This document shows positions 9,439 through 19,335 of a stretch of DNA of 64,000 nucleotides, piece by piece (within the stretch, counting starts at the first letter, position 1; each line of letters begins with the position of its first letter). Below the pieces are notes generated by a model that was not told where the DNA came from, did not search any database, and was given only the letters and a program-made list of their open reading frames with translations. Position numbers and translations under genes: made by a program. The DNA is from Corallococcus sp. bb12-1 (lineage in GTDB: Bacteria > Myxococcota > Myxococcia > Myxococcales > Myxococcaceae), in the NCBI RefSeq assembly GCF_026626765.1, contig NZ_JAPNJZ010000012.1, forward strand, positions 205,012 through 269,011, read 5' to 3'.

Positions 9439-11603
9439 GGCGCACCTCCCGACAGCAGCTCCGGGTGCACGGCGCGCACGGCGCCCTCCACGTCCAGGAA
9501 CTCGGTGGCTCGGTCCAACACCACCATGGAACCCAGCACCCCCGCGCGCCGCGTCTCGCGCTGGAGGACGACCTCCACCTCCGCGACATCGAGGATGGCG
9601 TCCACCACCAGACCCACCCGCGTGTCCGCGTGCGTGGTGACGACGATGGACAGGGACGCATCCGCCGCATGCTGCAGGCCCTCGGTGAGTCGCGCTGGCG
9701 TGCTGGCCTTCGCCTCCAGCACGGAGGCCACGCGCACCAGGGGCAGCAACTGGCCGTGGTAGCGCGCCAGCTCCATGCCGCCGCTCAGGTGCTCCACCTC
9801 GGTGAGGGGCAGCTCCTCCAGCCGCGCCACACGCGACAGGGGAATGGCCACGCGGCCCTCCGCGCCCGTGCGGCACAGCAGCACCCGTTCGCGCGTGTCC
9901 TCCGGGGGAGGCGCCACCGGGGGCGCGGCTTCCGGGACGACATGGGTGGGCGCCTCGCTGACGGCGCCCACGCGGCGGCCCAGGCCCATCGCGTCCAGGA
10001 TGAGCGCCACGCGCCCGTCGCCCAGCACCGTCGCGCCCGCGTAGCAGGCCAGCCCCTTGAGGTGCTTCCACAGCGGCTTGACGACGATCTCCTCGGTGTC
10101 GTGGATGGCGTCCACCCACAGCCCGAAGGTGCGCTCCCCGGCCTGCAACACGACGAGGGTGGCGCCCTCGTCCAGCTTCGGCGCGGCGGGCCCCACGCCC
10201 AGCTCCGAGGCCAGCACGACGAGCGGCAGCAGCTCCCCGCGAAGCCGCAGCACGGAGGCGTCCTGGAGGCGGGTGATGTCGCGCCGGGCCTGGTCGGGCT
10301 CCAGCCACACCACCTCGCGCAGGCTCGCCTGGGGCAGCGCGTACCGGTCCCCCCGGCAGGTGACGAGGAGCGCGGGGATGATGGCCAGCGTGAGGGGAAT
10401 CTTCAGCGTGAACGTGGTGCCCTGGCCCTGTCGGCTGTGCACCTCCACGGTGCCGCCAATGCGCTCCACCTGCGTGCGCACCACGTCCATGCCCACGCCC
10501 CGCCCGGACAGCGACGTGACGCGCTCCGCGGTGCTGAAGCCCGGCATGAAGATGAGCATCAGCGCGTCCGCGTCCGTCAGCCGCGCGGCCTGGTCGGCCG
10601 TCAGCAGGCCCCTCTGCACCGCGACCTGCCGCACGCGCTGCACGTCGATGCCCGCGCCGTCGTCGGACATCCCCAGGTGCACGAGCCCGCCCTCGTGCGA
10701 CGCGCTCAACGTCACGCACCCCACGGGCGGCTTGCCCCGCTGCACGCGCTGCTCGGGCGTCTCCACGCCGTGGTCCACGGCGTTGCGCAAGAGGTGCGTG
10801 AGCGGATCATGCAGCGCTTCCACCAGCGTCTTGTCCAGCTCCGTGTCCGCGCCCTGGAGCACCAGCCGCACCTGCTTGCCGCACCCGTGCGCCAGCTCCC
10901 GCACGAGCCGGGGGAAGCGGTTCCACACCTGCCCCACCGACTGGAGCCGCGTCTTCATCACCACCTGCTGCACCTGCGTGGTGACGACATCCAGGCGCTG
11001 CGACGCGGTGGCCAGGTCCGCGCCCGGCGTGGGGCCCGTCGCGCACTGGAGGATGCGGTTGCGCGCCAGCACCAGCTCGCCCATCAGGTTCATCAGCCGG
11101 TCGAGCAGCGCCACATCCACCCGCAGCTTGGAGTCCACGCCAGTGGAGGATCCGCGCCAGGGCAGGATGCCCGGAACGGGCGGCGCCTCCGGGGTCTCCA
11201 ACGGGACGGAAGCGGCCGTGGCGCCCGCGAGCCGGGCGAGCAACGCGGCGTGGTCCACCGCGGGCTCCATGCCCGTCGCCTCGATGTGCTCCAGCGCCCC
11301 GCGCGCCGCGTCCGCCAATGCCAGCAGCGTGGACACGCGCTCGCGGTCGAGCGTGAGGCGCTTGTCGCGCGCCAGCCCGAGCATCTCCTCGGAGGCATGC
11401 ATCAGCCCCTCCAGGCGGGTGAAGCCCAGGAAGCCGCAGGTGCCCTTCACGGTGTGCAGGTTCCGGAACAGTTGCGCCAGCAGGGCCTGTGAGCCCGGCT
11501 GCGCCTCCAATTCCAGCACCGTCGCCTCGATGCTCTGCACGTGCTCGCGGGATTCGATCAGGAACTCCCGCATCACGTCGTCCCAGCCCGGAGTGTCACT
11601 CAC
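9435..11603 (-). CDS. cheA: Chemotaxis histidine kinase CheA
   Basis: HPt (…LHTVKGTCGFLGF…), dimerisation, HATPase_c (HLLRNAVDHGVE…G..D.G.GID) and C-terminal CheW-like P5 domain. 722 aa. Confidence 0.9.
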   Translation of the reverse strand: MSDTPGWDDVMREFLIESREHVQSIEATVLELEAQPGSQALLAQLFRNLHTVKGTCGFLGFTRLEGLMHASEEMLGLARDKRLTLDRERVSTLLALADAARGALEHIEATGMEPAVDHAALLARLAGATAASVPLETPEAPPVPGILPWRGSSTGVDSKLRVDVALLDRLMNLMGELVLARNRILQCATGPTPGADLATASQRLDVVTTQVQQVVMKTRLQSVGQVWNRFPRLVRELAHGCGKQVRLVLQGADTELDKTLVEALHDPLTHLLRNAVDHGVETPEQRVQRGKPPVGCVTLSASHEGGLVHLGMSDDGAGIDVQRVRQVAVQRGLLTADQAARLTDADALMLIFMPGFSTAERVTSLSGRGVGMDVVRTQVERIGGTVEVHSRQGQGTTFTLKIPLTLAIIPALLVTCRGDRYALPQASLREVVWLEPDQARRDITRLQDASVLRLRGELLPLVVLASELGVGPAAPKLDEGATLVVLQAGERTFGLWVDAIHDTEEIVVKPLWKHLKGLACYAGATVLGDGRVALILDAMGLGRRVGAVSEAPTHVVPEAAPPVAPPPEDTRERVLLCRTGAEGRVAIPLSRVARLEELPLTEVEHLSGGMELARYHGQLLPLVRVASVLEAKASTPARLTEGLQHAADASLSIVVTTHADTRVGLVVDAILDVAEVEVVLQRETRRAGVLGSMVVLDRATEFLDVEGAVRAVHPELLSGGAP

Positions 11604-11782
11604 GGACGGAGCGTCCCTGGCGCGAAGGCGCGCACGACGGGTGTTTCAATGAATGCGAAAAGGTCCTGCCTGGCGCTGCCCATGGGCAACGGCCCCCCCG
11701 ACCCGCATGACTCCGGAGTCGAACCGACAGCATGTCGCAATGCCAGAAACGCGAAAGCTGTCCCGCAGGGAAGGTGCCCTGG

Positions 11783-12730
11783 TCAGAAGAACAGGCGAAG
11801 CAGGTCAAACCGTGTTTCCGCGCCCAGCTTCCGCAACAGATTGGCCTGATGGAATTTTACGGTGCGCTCGGTAATCCTGAGCACGGTCGAGATGTCGATG
11901 GGGGAGCGGCCGAGCGCGAGGTAACGCAAGACATCGCCTTCGCGCTCCGACAGCCGCGCGGCCTGCGCCAGCCTTCGCACCTTGGCTTCGAAGAGGCCGG
12001 TGAGCGTGGAGTCCCCAATCGTGTGCACGCTGATGTGCGCGGTGCCGGCGCTCGTCGGGGTGGCGGTGACGACCTCGAAGCCCTCGCTGACCGTGGAGGC
12101 CTGTCTGACGATGGTGTGGGGCCAGGACGTGGGCGACACCGCCGTCAGCGGACAGTCCTGACAGGGGGTGTCGCGGTGGGCTAACGCGCCGAAGCACGGA
12201 CGTCCCACCATGTCCTCGTGCTCCGAGTGGCCCGCGCGCCAGACCGCCTTGAGCGTCCCGAACGTCGCCAACTCGGTGGAGATTTCATAGCTCAGGTCCA
12301 GGCCCTGGCCGGGCTCTCCATGGGCCACCGCACGCTGCGGCACGGGCAGGGGAGGGCCGGCGCGGGTGACGATGCAGACCAGCCGCAAGGGAGGCCGGCC
12401 CACCGCCGCGACATCCAGCTCCACCGCCAATCGCTCACCTTCGCGCGTCAGCACCTCGGTCTCCAACCGGTGTTCGGCGCTGGTGAAGACCGCGCGCAGG
12501 GCCTGTCCCACCTTCCGGCCCTGTTCTCGCGGCGTACACACGTCCGTCCAGCGACGGCCCAGCAGCTCCTCACGAGGGCGTCCCAGGAGCGATGTGAGCG
12601 CTCCGTTGGCCAGCTCGATGCGCCCCCGCCGGTCCATCACGACAATGGGGCGCCCATCCCGCTCCGCCAGCAGGGATGCCGTCAGTGACCAATCCAAGGT
12701 AACCCCCCGCCCGTTGCAACCCCAATCCAC
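11783..12730 (-). CDS. PAS-domain LuxR-family (HTH) transcriptional regulator
   Basis: N-terminal PAS-like region. C-terminal LuxR HTH (…EREGDVLRYLALGRSPIDISTVLRITERTVKFHQANLLRKLG…). Apparent GTG start. Confidence 0.8.
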   Translation of the reverse strand: MDWGCNGRGVTLDWSLTASLLAERDGRPIVVMDRRGRIELANGALTSLLGRPREELLGRRWTDVCTPREQGRKVGQALRAVFTSAEHRLETEVLTREGERLAVELDVAAVGRPPLRLVCIVTRAGPPLPVPQRAVAHGEPGQGLDLSYEISTELATFGTLKAVWRAGHSEHEDMVGRPCFGALAHRDTPCQDCPLTAVSPTSWPHTIVRQASTVSEGFEVVTATPTSAGTAHISVHTIGDSTLTGLFEAKVRRLAQAARLSEREGDVLRYLALGRSPIDISTVLRITERTVKFHQANLLRKLGAETRFDLLRLFF

Positions 12731-13328
12731 TTTTCCAGTGGAATGAAGGGCTTCAACGGTTTCATGAGCTTACCCTGAAACGACTGGCTTCGCAGGATGG
12801 GGCAGGTCGTGTGGCAACCCACCGACCCCGCGGATTGAGTCACGCCGCCGGGCGGGGCACTCCAAGGCGCGCCGGCTCCGCCCTTCGTCTCGGCTGGGAA
12901 GGTGAGGGGGCATCCCCCGGGGACGGGTGGGGGATGGGGTCACCGCCGCGGACCTTCACCCTGGCATGGACGGCGGGGGGCCTGCCTCAATCCCAGACAC
13001 GGAGCCGCGCCCATGGCGCATGAAATCACCGTGCGGATTGTCGGAGGGGTTGTCTTCATCGGCTCCTGACGGCAAGGAGCTGGAAGCCCTCCTCCTTCCG
13101 CTGCTTGACGCGCTGCCGGAGCGGGACGCCTGGGGCTTCGTCCTGGAGCTGGGGCGGGTCCGTCGCTCCCTGGAAGTGGCCTTCATGACCCTTCGGAGCT
13201 CGGCTGGCTGGTAGGCATGCCGGAAACCTGGAACGTCACCTCGATTCGAGGCAACCTCCTGCATTGTGTGGCCTTGGGGATTACTCCCAGGAGCTCACCC
13301 GGACCTCCGCAGGAAGGGAGCTGACTGC

Positions 13329-14387
13329 ATGAGCGCCTCGCGACGACCCGCCCAGTTCGACCTCTTCACCGGTGCGCTCGAGGAAGCCCCCGTGTCCTCA
13401 CGCCGCCGCACCCAGCCGCTAGCACCGGCCCCGGTGTCCGACGACCTGCGGGTCCTGGGCGAGCGGCTGCCCCAGGGCGTCTACCTGGGCACGTCGTCGT
13501 GGACCTTCCCGGGGTGGACGGGGCTCGTCTACGACCACGAGGCCAGCACGACGCAGCTCGCCAAGGAGGGCCTGGGCGCCTACGCGCACCACCCGGTGCT
13601 GCGCACGGTAGGCATCGACCGGACGTTCTACGCGCCCGTGCCCGCCACCGCCTTCGCCGAATACGCCCAGCAGGTGCCCGACGGCTTCCGCTTCCTCGTG
13701 AAGGCCCACGAGGCCTGCACGCTGGCGCGCTTCCCCGTGCACGAGCGCTACGGCGCGCACCGAGGGCAGGTGAACGACCGCTTCCTCCAGGCCGCCTACG
13801 CGATGGACCACGTCGTGGGGCCCTTCCTGGAGGGCCTGGGCGACAAGGCCGGCCCGCTCGTCTTCCAGTTCCCCCCACAGGATCCGGCCTCGCTCGGAGG
13901 CCCAGCGCGCTTCGTGGAGCGGCTGCACGGCTTCTTCTCCGCGCTGCCCAAGGGACCGCTGTATGCGGTGGAGGTGCGCAACGAGGAGTTGTTGACGGAG
14001 GGCTTCGCCCAGGCGCTCGCGGACACCGGCGTGAGCCCCGTGCTCGCGGTCTGGGCCCACATGCCGCCCGTCGCGCGCCAGGCGAAGCTCACGCGCGCCT
14101 TCGAGTCCCGCGCCGTGGTGGTGCGTTGGATGCTGCCGCCCAACCTGGGCTACGAGGAAGCACGCGCCCGCTACGCCCCCTTCAACAAGTTGGTGGACGA
14201 AGATGTTGGCACCCGCGATGTGCTGGCGCGGGTGTGCATGGCGGCGGTGCGGCGCGAGCGGCCCGTCTTCGTGACCATCAACAACAAGGCGGAAGGGAGC
14301 GCTCCCTTGTCGGCCATCCGGCTCGCGGAACGCGTCGTGTCACACAAGGAGGAGGGCGGGCAGCGAAGCGTTGCTCACGCGACATGA
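13329..14387 (+). CDS. DUF72 (UPF0759/YecE-like) family protein
   Basis: GTSSWTFPGW motif and overall DUF72 pattern. Start was chosen at ATG 13329 (MSASRRP…) inside track ORF 13266..14387. Confidence 0.75.
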   Translation: MSASRRPAQFDLFTGALEEAPVSSRRRTQPLAPAPVSDDLRVLGERLPQGVYLGTSSWTFPGWTGLVYDHEASTTQLAKEGLGAYAHHPVLRTVGIDRTFYAPVPATAFAEYAQQVPDGFRFLVKAHEACTLARFPVHERYGAHRGQVNDRFLQAAYAMDHVVGPFLEGLGDKAGPLVFQFPPQDPASLGGPARFVERLHGFFSALPKGPLYAVEVRNEELLTEGFAQALADTGVSPVLAVWAHMPPVARQAKLTRAFESRAVVVRWMLPPNLGYEEARARYAPFNKLVDEDVGTRDVLARVCMAAVRRERPVFVTINNKAEGSAPLSAIRLAERVVSHKEEGGQRSVAHAT

Positions 14388-14425
14388 CTTGCGCGCGAGC
14401 ACGGCGCTTGCTTACGTGAAAGCCC

Positions 14426-14731
14426 ATGAAGGCGATGACCCTGGGTGTCCTGCTGATGCACATGACTTCCGCCGGAGGTGCCGGCGCGGAGGAGAAGCGG
14501 GCAGGCAAGCATGTGCAGGACGCCGGTGGCGATGAGAAGGGCGGCGTGACGAAGGAGGTCTCCTCCCTCAAGGGGGAGATCACCAGCCTGAAGGAAGAGT
14601 TCAGGGTCGCGCGCGAAAAGCAGCGTCTGGCGGCTGAAGAGAAGAAGCGCCTGGAGGAGGCCCGCTACGGTGTCCCGGCGAAGACCCCCCCTGTCACTGC
14701 CTCCGGAGGGACCGGAGCCACCGCCCGATGA
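14426..14731 (+). CDS. Small hypothetical protein with N-terminal hydrophobic segment and charged coiled-coil-like tail
   Basis: ORF only. Overlaps the following Smr ORF by about 60 nt, so the boundaries of one of the two are wrong. Confidence 0.3.
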   Translation: MKAMTLGVLLMHMTSAGGAGAEEKRAGKHVQDAGGDEKGGVTKEVSSLKGEITSLKEEFRVAREKQRLAAEEKKRLEEARYGVPAKTPPVTASGGTGATAR

Positions 14732-15002
14732 GGGCGAAGCGGTAGAAATCCCGGTCGATGGCAACCTCGACCTGCACCTCTTCCAGCCCCGCGAGGTGAA
14801 GGAACTCGTCACCGAGTACCTCTGGGCGTGCCGGCAGAAGGGTGTGCTCGACGTGCGCATCATCCACGGCAAGGGCACGGGCGCGCTGCGGCGCACCGTG
14901 CAGTCCCTGTTGCCCACGTTGCCGGAGGTGGACAGCTTCCGGAGCGCCTCGGAAGGCGACGGAGGCTGGGGCGCGACGTGGGTGCGGCTCAAGCCCCTCT
15001 AG
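14670..15002 (+). CDS. Smr-domain protein
   Basis: C-terminal [49 protein letters not shown]… matches the Smr (MutS2 C-terminal) domain. Start uncertain. Confidence 0.6.
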   Translation: MSRRRPPLSLPPEGPEPPPDEGEAVEIPVDGNLDLHLFQPREVKELVTEYLWACRQKGVLDVRIIHGKGTGALRRTVQSLLPTLPEVDSFRSASEGDGGWGATWVRLKPL

Positions 15003-15005
15003 ACG

Positions 15006-17927
15006 TCAGGACAGCCAGAAGTACGCGGAGGCGATGAGGGTGCGCTTCTCCGTCACGCGCCCCTTCTGGGCCAGCTCCGCCATCTGGCGGTCCTTGGCTG
15101 CGTAGCGCTTCTCCTCCTCGTTGCGCAGCGACGCCAGCTTGCGGCGGTACTCGCGCTCCATCCGGTCCGAGTGCGCCCGCGCCTTCGCGCGCTCCGCGGT
15201 GTCGTCCACGCCCGCGACTTCCTTGCGCGCGTCGATCCACGTCTGCCGCGCGGCCTCCACCACCTCGCGCGACTCCATCAGGCAGTCCTCGACGTAGCGG
15301 TCCGCGCGCTCGCGGGCCTTGTCCAGCTCCAGGGCATTGCGGCGCTCGGCGGCCCGGATGAGTTCATCCTTGGCCGTCATCAGCGACTGCTCTTGCATGA
15401 GCTGCACGGACACCGGGGCGGGCTGCCGGCGCTTCTCTTCCTTGGCTTCGAGCTTCGTGAAGTGGACCCCGTCCGTCAGCGGCAGGGCCCGGAAGCCGCC
15501 GTCCCGGTCCTTCACCAGCACCAGGTGCACCAGCTTCTCTTCAGGCTTGAGGCCGGTGATCTCGAACTTGTAGGCGAACCACCAGCCCTCGCAGCCGGCC
15601 AGCCGCGCCAGCCGGGACGGCAGGCTCGCCGCGTCCAGTTGCAGGTAGCTGACCGCGTCCTGGGTGCGGTCGCGCACGGCATAGGCGGCCTTGGCCACCT
15701 GGAGCCGGCCGGAGGTGCGGCTGCCCAGCACGGAGCCGGTGAGGGCGCGCGCTTCCTGCTGGCGGCGGGCCACGACCTCCTTGGCCTGGTCGCCGGCCAC
15801 GCGCAGCCGGCGGCGCACGTCGCCGTCGAAGCGCTCCAGCACCACGGACTTCATCTCCGTCATGCGCTGGGTGATGGCGCCTTCCAGCTCCTCGCGCAGC
15901 TTGTCGAAGGCGATGTTGATGTCGGCCGGGCTGCGGCAGGACTGGTAGATGTCCAGCACGCGCCGCTCGAAGTCGACGCCGCTCTCCAGCGCGCCCAGGA
16001 TTTCATCCGACGCGCCGAAGACGCCGTCGAAGAGGTTGAGCTTCTTCTCCAGCAGCTCGAACAGGCGCGCATCCGCCGCGTTCTGCCGGTTGAGGAAGTT
16101 CACCACCAGCACGTCGCGCTGCTGGCCGTAGCGGTGGCAGCGGCCAATTCTCTGCTCCACGCGCTGCGGGTTCCACGGCAGGTCGTAGTTCACGACCAGG
16201 TTGCAGAACTGGAGGTTCAGGCCTTCCGCGCCGGCTTCCGTGCAGATGAGGATCTGCGTGCGGTTGCGGAAGTCGTCCACCAGGGCCCGGCGCTCCTCGG
16301 GCGAGCTGCCCGAGTCCCCGGACAAGAGCGAGATCTTGTCCTGGTAGCCGTGCTCCGACAGCAGGTTGAACAGGTACTGCTGCGTGCGCTTGGACTCGGT
16401 GAAGATGAGCGCCTTCTCCGGCCAGCTGTGCGTGCGCATCACCGCGAAGGTGCGATCCAACGCGCGCTTGAGCGCCTCACCCTTGGCGTTGATCCGGATG
16501 GAGTCCGCGAGGTCCGCGTACTGCCGCAGCTCCCAGACCTCCTGCTCCAGCGTGCGCACCGCGGGGGCCTTGGCGGGGTCGTCGGACCACTCCTCGCCTT
16601 CCTCCACGAACTGCTTGGCCTCTTCCGGCTCGAAGAGCGCCAGGGCCTGCTGGCCCAGGCGCGCCGCTTCCAGGCGCTTCTGGAGGTTCTCCGACAGCTT
16701 GCGCAGCGTGGGCGCGATGGCGAACGTGGAGGAGGCCAGGAGCTTCCGGTAGCACAGCGTCAGCAGCGTCTTCTTGCCCGGCTCGATGGCGGCGACTTCG
16801 GAGCGCTGGAGGTACTCGCTGACCTTCTCGTAGAGGTCGTGCTCCTCGGGGGACGGGTTGAAGTCCTCCACGATGCTGCGCCGGTTGGTGTAGCGCACGT
16901 ACTCGCGCACCTGACGGCGCAGCGTGCGTTGCACCACCGGGGCCAGCCGCTCCTTGAGTTCGCAGGCGGCGGCCTCCGTCATGCCGCCGCCCTCGTCCGC
17001 GCGGTAGCGGCTGCGGAAGGCGTGCTCGGGCCCGAGAATCTGCTCGTCCAGCAGCGACATCAGTCCGAACAGCTCCATCAGGTTGTTCTGGAGCGGCGTG
17101 GCGGTGAGCAGCAGCTTGGGCCGGCCCGCGAGTCCCGCGCGCAGCGCCTGCCCCATCTTGTTGTTGGGCCGGTGTGCGTTCCGCAGCCGGTGGGCCTCGT
17201 CGATGATGACCAGGTCCCAGGGAATCTCCGCCAGCAGGGCCACCCGGTTGGCGGCGAACGGGTGCGAGCAGATGACGGGGAAGGGCTGGTCGAAGCAGTT
17301 GTTGTGGGCGCGCACGTTGCGGCCGTCCACCAGCACGCTGTCCAGGTCGAACTTCTCGCGCAGTTCGGCATTCCACTGCGCGCGCAGCACCGCGGGCGCC
17401 AGGATGAGGATGCGGTTCTTGCCCTCGGCCATGAGCTGGGCCACGACGAGGCCCGCCTCGATGGTCTTCCCCAGGCCCACCTCGTCCGCGAGCATGCAGC
17501 CGCCGCGCGACAGGGCGTCCATCGCGAACATCGCGGCTTCGACCTGGTGGGGGTTCAGGTCCACCTTCGCTTCGGACAGGGCGTTGGCCAGCCGCTGCTG
17601 CGTGTCACCGCTGCGCGCGAGCAGCTCCTCCGCCAGCAGCCGCTCATGGAAGGGCGTCAGCGCCGCCGCCACCAGTTCGTCGGCTGCGCGGGCGGCGACC
17701 GCCGCGGCGTCCGCCTCCACCTGCACCCTCAAACCCCTCGCGACCTCCGCCAAGTCCCGCCTCCCATCCGTGGTTTGAAGCGCTCGCGCACGTGCGCGGA
17801 CGTTTGAGGCGCGCCATTCTCTTGAGCGATCCGCATCTGTAAAGGGGGTCCTCCGCGAGGCCGAAAACTCGGCCTCCGCGCGATTGGCAAGCACGCTGTT
17901 CGGCGGAGTGTTTTCGCGTGCCCTCAT
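15006..17927 (-). CDS. Snf2/RapA-family DEAD/DEAH-box helicase
   Basis: Motif I DEVGLGKTIEAG. Motif II DLVIIDEAHRLRN. C-terminal helicase domain (…NLVVNYDLPWNPQRVEQRIGRCHRYGQ…). 973 aa. Exact start uncertain. Confidence 0.85.
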   Translation of the reverse strand: MRARENTPPNSVLANRAEAEFSASRRTPFTDADRSREWRASNVRARARALQTTDGRRDLAEVARGLRVQVEADAAAVAARAADELVAAALTPFHERLLAEELLARSGDTQQRLANALSEAKVDLNPHQVEAAMFAMDALSRGGCMLADEVGLGKTIEAGLVVAQLMAEGKNRILILAPAVLRAQWNAELREKFDLDSVLVDGRNVRAHNNCFDQPFPVICSHPFAANRVALLAEIPWDLVIIDEAHRLRNAHRPNNKMGQALRAGLAGRPKLLLTATPLQNNLMELFGLMSLLDEQILGPEHAFRSRYRADEGGGMTEAAACELKERLAPVVQRTLRRQVREYVRYTNRRSIVEDFNPSPEEHDLYEKVSEYLQRSEVAAIEPGKKTLLTLCYRKLLASSTFAIAPTLRKLSENLQKRLEAARLGQQALALFEPEEAKQFVEEGEEWSDDPAKAPAVRTLEQEVWELRQYADLADSIRINAKGEALKRALDRTFAVMRTHSWPEKALIFTESKRTQQYLFNLLSEHGYQDKISLLSGDSGSSPEERRALVDDFRNRTQILICTEAGAEGLNLQFCNLVVNYDLPWNPQRVEQRIGRCHRYGQQRDVLVVNFLNRQNAADARLFELLEKKLNLFDGVFGASDEILGALESGVDFERRVLDIYQSCRSPADINIAFDKLREELEGAITQRMTEMKSVVLERFDGDVRRRLRVAGDQAKEVVARRQQEARALTGSVLGSRTSGRLQVAKAAYAVRDRTQDAVSYLQLDAASLPSRLARLAGCEGWWFAYKFEITGLKPEEKLVHLVLVKDRDGGFRALPLTDGVHFTKLEAKEEKRRQPAPVSVQLMQEQSLMTAKDELIRAAERRNALELDKARERADRYVEDCLMESREVVEAARQTWIDARKEVAGVDDTAERAKARAHSDRMEREYRRKLASLRNEEEKRYAAKDRQMAELAQKGRVTEKRTLIASAYFWLS

Positions 17928-18006
17928 GCGTGCGGTGAAATGTTCCGACGCATGTCCAAAGGTCTTGACGAATGCGTCTGGCGCGCTCCACGAACCCGCG
18001 CGTGTT

Positions 18007-19335
18007 TCAGAGCTGTCCGCGCGCCTTCACGTCCAGGTACATGTTGAGCGCCGCGGCCCCGAAAGCGCGTGCCGGCGCGCGCACCACCAGGGCTCCGGCG
18101 TCGCGCAGCGTGGTGGCGGTGCGGCGGTATTCGGCCTCCATGCGCTGGGCGGCCTGACGCGCGTAGGCGGCGGTCGCGTCGCCGGGCACGTCGGTGGCGG
18201 CGGCCTCCAGGTCCTCGTCCAGGAGCGACGCGACGACGGGCAGGTGCCGGGGCCTGAGGGCCAGCGTGCGCGTGAGGAGCGTGGCGGACGCGTCCGGATC
18301 CACCAGGTCGGTGAAGAGCACCACCAGCGCGCGGCGCGTCTGGCGCGCGAAGGCGAAGTCGAACGCGCGGCCGTAGTCGCTCTCCTCCAGGCCAGCCTCG
18401 GCGCGGTAGAGGGATTCAGTGATGAGGCGCAGGTGTTCGGCGCCCTTGCGCGGGGGCAGGAAGGAGCGCACGTCGCTGGCGAAGGCCACGACGCCCACCA
18501 CGTCGCCCGCGTCCAGGCTCACGCGCGCGAGCCGCAGCGCCGCGTCCACCGCGTGGTCCAGCTTCCTTCGTCCCTGCACCCGGCCCGCCATGTGACGGCC
18601 GCAGTCCAGGAGCAGCAACACCGGCTGGTGACGCTCCGGCTGCCACGTGCGCACCAGCGTGTGGCCGTGGCGCGCGGAGGACTTCCAGTCGATGTGGCGG
18701 AAGTCGTCGCCGGGGCGGTACTCGCGCAGGGATTCGAACTCGCGGCCTTCCATGGCCTTGCGGCGCTGCGTGCGCGCGGACACGGCCTCCGCTGCTCGCG
18801 CCAGCGTGAGCGCTTCGCGCGAGAGGGCGCTCAGGTCTGGATACACCTTCACGTCGCGGGACGCGGGCAGGCGCACCTGCCGCGAGCACAGGCCCAGGGG
18901 CCCCAACAGGCGCAGGTGCACGTCCCCGAAGTGCGCATCTCCCCGGGAGGGAGGACGCACGCGGTACATGAGGCGCGTGGGCGGTGCTCCGGCTTCCAGA
19001 AAGAAGGGCTGCCGGTGGCCGTGGCTCTCCACGTCCAGGGGCGGCTCGTCGCGCAGCTCTCCGCGCATGGCGCTGTCGGTGCGTGCGTGCAGCACCCAGC
19101 GCACGGGGTTGTCCACGCCGGAGGAGAGGATGGGCTCTACCTCCCGGTGCGCTTCGATGTCAGCGGCGCGCGGCGCGCGAACGAAGTCCACCGCGCACAA
19201 GAGGAGGACGGCCACGTCCACCGCGAGCGCCAGCCACCCGAAGGCGGGGCTCGCCACCGCGAGCGCCGCGGGCACGAGCGCCCCGGCGAACAGCGCGACG
19301 GCGAGGCCGGTGGGGACGGGACGCCCGACGCTCAC
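18007..19335 (-). CDS. DUF58 family protein (vWA-like, MoxR partner)
   Basis: EFESLREYRPGDDFRHIDWKSSAR motif typical of DUF58. N-terminal TM segments. Start overlaps the MoxR stop. Confidence 0.85.
   Translation of the reverse strand: MSVGRPVPTGLAVALFAGALVPAALAVASPAFGWLALAVDVAVLLLCAVDFVRAPRAADIEAHREVEPILSSGVDNPVRWVLHARTDSAMRGELRDEPPLDVESHGHRQPFFLEAGAPPTRLMYRVRPPSRGDAHFGDVHLRLLGPLGLCSRQVRLPASRDVKVYPDLSALSREALTLARAAEAVSARTQRRKAMEGREFESLREYRPGDDFRHIDWKSSARHGHTLVRTWQPERHQPVLLLLDCGRHMAGRVQGRRKLDHAVDAALRLARVSLDAGDVVGVVAFASDVRSFLPPRKGAEHLRLITESLYRAEAGLEESDYGRAFDFAFARQTRRALVVLFTDLVDPDASATLLTRTLALRPRHLPVVASLLDEDLEAAATDVPGDATAAYARQAAQRMEAEYRRTATTLRDAGALVVRAPARAFGAAALNMYLDVKARGQL

Noticed and set aside
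8950-10719. 589-aa minus-strand ORF overlapping cheA
   Set aside because: Only the 3' 162 codons (CheW, start 9438) are real. The rest is an alternative frame across cheA, Ala/Arg/Gly-rich and typical of GC-rich frame shadows.
9465-11652. Plus-strand ORFs of 675 and 531 aa inside cheA
   Set aside because: They are antisense to the strongly supported cheA. The His/Arg/Gly-rich translations have no recognisable domains.
11604-11782. Possible sigma-54 (-24/-12) promoter upstream of cheA (ctGGCAttgcgacatGCt on the minus strand)
   Set aside because: GG-to-GC spacing is 11 rather than the canonical 10 nt and the match is weak. It is not reported as a feature.
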